Source of the DNA: Armatimonadota bacterium
GTDB taxonomy: Bacteria; Armatimonadota; HRBIN16
Direction: 5' to 3'
Assembly (NCBI GenBank): GCA_963677485.1
Contig: OY781964.1
Coordinates: forward strand, 2,304,001 to 2,368,000
Length of the DNA: 64,000 nucleotides
Shown here: positions 59,893 to 64,000 of the stretch, in pieces
How the letters are laid out: each line of letters begins with the position of its first letter
How positions within the stretch are numbered: position 1 is the stretch's first letter
Made by a program: the position numbers and the translations under genes
Notes under the pieces: model-generated
The model's database searches: none
The model's input: only the letters and a program-made list of their open reading frames with translations
Told to the model about the DNA's origin: nothing

Positions 59893-59986
59893 GTGAAATG
59901 GGGCTGTCTTCCTGACCAGGAATGGACACCGCACGCGATGTCCCTACTTCGCCATATCCGAAAGGTCCACTCTGATAAACTTATAT

Positions 59987-61849
59987 GTGATGAAACTCAC
60001 AGATTTCGATGTTTTGGTGGTCGGGGCCGGGCACGCAGGCTGCGAAGCGGCACTGGCATCGCATCGGATGGGGCTGCACACCGCGGCTGTCACGCTGGAC
60101 ATCCACCGAATCGGCCATCTACCCTGTAATTGCAGCTTTGGTGGACCAGCCAAGGGCCAGTTGGTTCGGGAAATCGACGCGTTGGGCGGTCAGATGGCAC
60201 TCAATGCTGACATCTGCTGCACCCATGTGCGGCATGTGGGAACCAGCAAAGGGCCGGCCATCCAAACACTGCGCGTTCATGTGGAAACGGTGCTTTACCC
60301 GCAGCTCATGCGGCGCACGCTGGACGAAGCTGGTGTGACGGTTATGCAGGCTGAGGTGCTGACACTGACCTCTGAAGAGGCATACTGGCGGGTGGGGTTT
60401 GCCGATGGCAGCACAGCTCTGTGCGGTGCAGTCGTGGTGACCTCAGGCACTTTTCTGAACGGGGTCACACGCATCGGCGATCAGAGCTGGGAGGAAGGCC
60501 GAAGCGGAGAGCCTCCGGCCCGCGGGTTGTCAAACAGCCTCCGCCAGCTTGACCTCAATCTGGGCAGGTTCAAGACAGGCACCACCGCCCGCATCAACAA
60601 GCACAGCGTCGATTGGGACCAACTGACCGTCACCCCCTCAGAGCCTGACTGCCCGCCCTTCTCCAACGAGTTGGAAACCCGGCCCAATATTGAAAAACTA
60701 CTGCCGTGCTGGCTAACCCGCACCACTGAGCGTACGCACCAGATCATCCGAGATAACCTCACACGCTCCTCGCTGTATGGCGGTTTTATCACCGGTGTGG
60801 GTCCGCGCTATTGCCCCTCAATAGAGGACAAGATAGTGCGTTTCCCCGATAAGACTACCCACCCCATCTTTCTGGAGCAGGAGAGCTGGCAGCGCGATGA
60901 GTTATATGTTCAGGGCGCCAGCACCAGCCTGCCTGCCGATGTGCAGTTGTTGATGCTTCAAAGTATGCCAGGTTTGGCGAATGTGGAGATCATGAAACCC
61001 GGGTATGCGGTTGAGTATGACATGATCTACCCCGATCAGCTCACACCATACTTGCAGAGTAAGGCGCATCTTGGGCTGTTTTTCGCGGGTCAGGTGAACG
61101 GCACCTCCGGTTATGAGGAGGCCGCCGCACAAGGTATTGTGGCGGGTATCAATGCCGCACGCTACCTGCAGAAGGAATCACCGGTGGTCATCACACGCCA
61201 GCAGGCCTACATAGGGGTCTTGGTCGATGATCTGGTGACGAAGGGTGTGCAGGACCCGTACCGCATGTTGACCAGCAGGGCGGAATTCCGGCTAAGCCTC
61301 CGGCATGACAATGCGGACATGCGTTTGAGTGAGCTGGGGCATAAGATCGGTCTGCTGAGCGCTCATCGCACGGAAAAGTGGCAGCGTAAACTCCAGCAGG
61401 TGCAGCTCATAAAGCAGCTGCTGCAGGGCGTCTTCTTAAGCGGGCAAGACAACCCGAGGCTTCTGGAACTAGGCATCGCGCCGTTGCATGACCGCACTCC
61501 GTTTATGGAGCTTTTACGGCGGCCAGAGGTGGAGCTGTCAGAGCTTAGCGACTGGTGGCCTGATGGCTGCCCGACCGATGGCGAGGCGCTGGATGAGGTG
61601 CTGCTGAACAACCGGTACCATGGCTACATCAAAATGCAGCAGCGGCAGATGAAACAGCACATCAGGCATGAGCAGATGCCCATCGCCGAAGATTTCGACT
61701 ATCAAGCGATCCCAGCCCTCAGCTATGAGACCAGGGAAAAGCTCAGCCGAATCCGGCCGTTGAGTGTGGGTCAGGCCAGCCGCGTGCCGGGCATACGGCC
61801 TTCTGACATCGCCGTGCTGATGGTCTGGCTCAAACGGCAGTCGGGGTAG
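59987..61849 (+). CDS. mnmG: tRNA U34 carboxymethylaminomethyl modification enzyme MnmG
   Basis: GAGHAGCEAA, CN.S.GG.AKG.LVREIDALGG, FKTGT, GPRYCPSIEDK, AGQVNGTSGYEEAAAQG, EPYRM-like DPYRMLTSRAEFRL. Confidence 0.97.
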   Translation: MMKLTDFDVLVVGAGHAGCEAALASHRMGLHTAAVTLDIHRIGHLPCNCSFGGPAKGQLVREIDALGGQMALNADICCTHVRHVGTSKGPAIQTLRVHVETVLYPQLMRRTLDEAGVTVMQAEVLTLTSEEAYWRVGFADGSTALCGAVVVTSGTFLNGVTRIGDQSWEEGRSGEPPARGLSNSLRQLDLNLGRFKTGTTARINKHSVDWDQLTVTPSEPDCPPFSNELETRPNIEKLLPCWLTRTTERTHQIIRDNLTRSSLYGGFITGVGPRYCPSIEDKIVRFPDKTTHPIFLEQESWQRDELYVQGASTSLPADVQLLMLQSMPGLANVEIMKPGYAVEYDMIYPDQLTPYLQSKAHLGLFFAGQVNGTSGYEEAAAQGIVAGINAARYLQKESPVVITRQQAYIGVLVDDLVTKGVQDPYRMLTSRAEFRLSLRHDNADMRLSELGHKIGLLSAHRTEKWQRKLQQVQLIKQLLQGVFLSGQDNPRLLELGIAPLHDRTPFMELLRRPEVELSELSDWWPDGCPTDGEALDEVLLNNRYHGYIKMQQRQMKQHIRHEQMPIAEDFDYQAIPALSYETREKLSRIRPLSVGQASRVPGIRPSDIAVLMVWLKRQSG

Positions 61850-61903
61850 GTATGTCTTACTCGTCTTGTAGGGGCCTTCTCGTCTTGTAGGGGCCTTTTT
61901 TTA

Positions 61904-62946
61904 ACCGCGAATGAACGCGAATGAACGCGAATGGGAAGGTGCGAAGGGATGCGTTGCCGCTTGAGACCCGTTCGTTTGGCTGTGTCCGGGGCGGTCTGTC
62001 CGTAGGCTAGCGGTTACAGAAGGCAATAGACCGCGCCGGTCTGGCGGATAGCCTGAAGTCGCTTGTCCCACCTTGATTTTAGACCGGCGCGGTGTGGGAA
62101 AACCGCCCCGGACTTAGGCAATCAAGATCGGCACTAGGATGCGTGGACGCTCGAGTCCCGCACAATTGGCTATGTCCGGGGCGGTCTGTCCGTAGGCTAG
62201 CGGCTGCAGAAGGTAATAGACCGCGCCGGTCTGGCGGATAGCCTGAAGCCGCTTGTCCCACCTTGATTTTAGACCGGCGCGGTTAGGGAAAACCGCCCCG
62301 GACTTAGGCAATCAAGACCGGCGCGAGGATGCGTGGACGCCCGACACCCGCACGTTTGGCTGTGTCCGAGGCGGTCTGTCCGTAGGCTAGCGGCTACAGA
62401 AGGCAATAGACCGCGCCGGTCTGGCGGATAGTCTGAAACCGCTTGTCCCGCCTTGATTTTAGACCGGCGCGGTGAGGGAAAACCGCCCCGGACACAGGCA
62501 GTCAAGACCGGTGCGGTTGCGGAAAACCGCCCCGGACTTAGGCATTCAAGACCGGCGCGGTTAGGGAAAACCGCCCCGGACACAGGCAACTAAGACCGGC
62601 ACTAGGATGCGTTGCCGCTTGAGACCCGCTCGTTTGGCTGTGTCCGGGGCGGTCTGTCCGTAGGCTAGCGGTTACAGAAGGCAATAGACCGCGCCGGTCT
62701 GGCGGATAGCCTGAAACCGCTTGTCCCGCCTTGAATTTAGACCGGCGCGGTTAAGGAAAACTGCCCCGGACTTAGGCATTCAAGACCGGCGCGGTTAGGA
62801 GAAAACCGCCCCGGACTTAGGCATTCAAGACCGGCGCGGTTAGGGAAAACTGCCCCGGACAGTGGCAATCAAGACCGGCGCGGTTAGGGAAAACCGCCCC
62901 GGACACAGGCAACTAAGACCGGCGCGGTGGGGAAAACCGCCCCGGA
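61904..62946. repeat. Largest R1 composite repeat array
   Basis: aacgcgaatg repeats, four R1 modules and multiple 42-43-nt tandem units. Confidence 0.9.
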
Positions 62947-62959
62947 TGGTGGCGTTCCT

Positions 62960-63011
62960 GCCATCTGAAATCGCGGTGCTGATGGTGCGGCCCAAACGGC
63001 AATCGGGCGAG
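62960..63011 (+). repeat. Degenerate duplicate of the last 52 nt of mnmG
   Basis: 43/52 identical to 61798-61849 by manual alignment. Confidence 0.8.
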
Positions 63012-63149
63012 TTTTGCTCTGATTGCTGTGGTAAGTGCAAAAAAACGTATATATGGGTTGAAGTTCCAGTCCTGTGTGATGCATCATGAAAAAGAGTACG
63101 TGCTCCCCACGTCGGAAAACACGACTGTGTTAGATTGCGAGGCAGCCGA

Positions 63150-64000
63150 TTGGTCTTCAGCTCTCATATCTTTGTCTATTACTTCATGCCGATCGCGCTG
63201 GCTATCATCTATTCCCTGTACAAAGCTCCGCAAAGATGGCGTAACTTCGCACTGATCATCCTGGGTTATATCTTCTACGGCTGGGCCAACCCCAAGTTTA
63301 TTTTCCTCATGTTCGGCACCACATTTCTGGACTGGCTGCTCAGCCTGATCATCGCCACCGATAGCTGGCATCCCATCCGCGCCAGTCACAGCAACATCGT
63401 GCCGCTTCCCAAAGGTCCGCGTACGAAAACTCAGCGGACCGCGCTGGTGCTGTCGGTGGTCTCCAACCTCACCATGCTGGGCTTCTTCAAATATTTTAAC
63501 TTCGGCGTAGACAGCTATAACTCGTTGATGCAGACCCTGGGGCTCAGCCAGTATGTGGCCCATGACTTTTTGCGCGTGGTACTGCCGCTGGGCATCAGCT
63601 TCTATACTTTTCAGTCTCTGAGCTATATTATCGACGTCTACCGCGGTGATGCGAAAGCGATGCGCAACTTCACCGACTTTAGCTGCTTCGTGTCGATGTT
63701 CCCGCACCTGGTGGCCGGGCCTATCCTGAAGTTCAGCTATCTGGCTGACCAGTTAGAGCACCGCACCCTCACCCTGGATAAGTTTGCCCGAGGCAGTGCC
63801 TTCTTCTGCCTGGGAATGGCAAAAAAAATCCTTCTGGCGAACCCCTGCGGAAAAGTGGCCGATACGGTGTTCAACGCCGGGCATATCAGCACGCTGGATT
63901 CCTGGGTGGGCGTGTTTGGCTACTCGTTCCAGATTTACTTTGACTTCAGCGGTTACAGCGACATGGCGATTGGCTTAGGGCTGATGCTGGGGTTTGTGTT
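63150..64000 (+). CDS. MBOAT family O-acyltransferase (AlgI/DltB-like), runs off the window end
   Basis: TTG-VFSSHIFVYYF, FYGW, L.FFKYFNF, LPLGISFYTFQSLSY.IDVYRG, FPHLVAGPI, QIYFDFSGYSDMAIGL. Confidence 0.9.
   Translation, partial: MVFSSHIFVYYFMPIALAIIYSLYKAPQRWRNFALIILGYIFYGWANPKFIFLMFGTTFLDWLLSLIIATDSWHPIRASHSNIVPLPKGPRTKTQRTALVLSVVSNLTMLGFFKYFNFGVDSYNSLMQTLGLSQYVAHDFLRVVLPLGISFYTFQSLSYIIDVYRGDAKAMRNFTDFSCFVSMFPHLVAGPILKFSYLADQLEHRTLTLDKFARGSAFFCLGMAKKILLANPCGKVADTVFNAGHISTLDSWVGVFGYSFQIYFDFSGYSDMAIGLGLMLGFV

Overview
GC-rich bacterial chromosome segment. Armatimonadota-like origin is inferred from the 'HWLR...GDADGDNQVNLFD' dockerin-like C-terminus and the many URO-D-like and glycoside-hydrolase-like genes. 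From left to right it holds: a tandem array of seven secreted paralogous units (one A-B pair fused by an in-frame deletion); sugar-processing genes; secDF-recJ; an orphan higA with a higB remnant; two 1287-aa CBM9/GH-like paralogs; a complete IS110 (IS621-like) element whose bridge RNA guides, CT core, junction promoter and REP target can be read directly from the sequence; tRNA-Leu/Gly/Gly; a TolC-MFP-RND efflux operon; a split, streamlined Mu-like head and lysis gene set with no terminase, tail or integrase in the window (GTA-like or domesticated candidate); a large beta-helix surface protein; mnmG; and a truncated AlgI/DltB-like MBOAT gene. Intergenic DNA is crowded with several families of palindromic composite repeats. 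All product calls come from motif recognition, not database searches.
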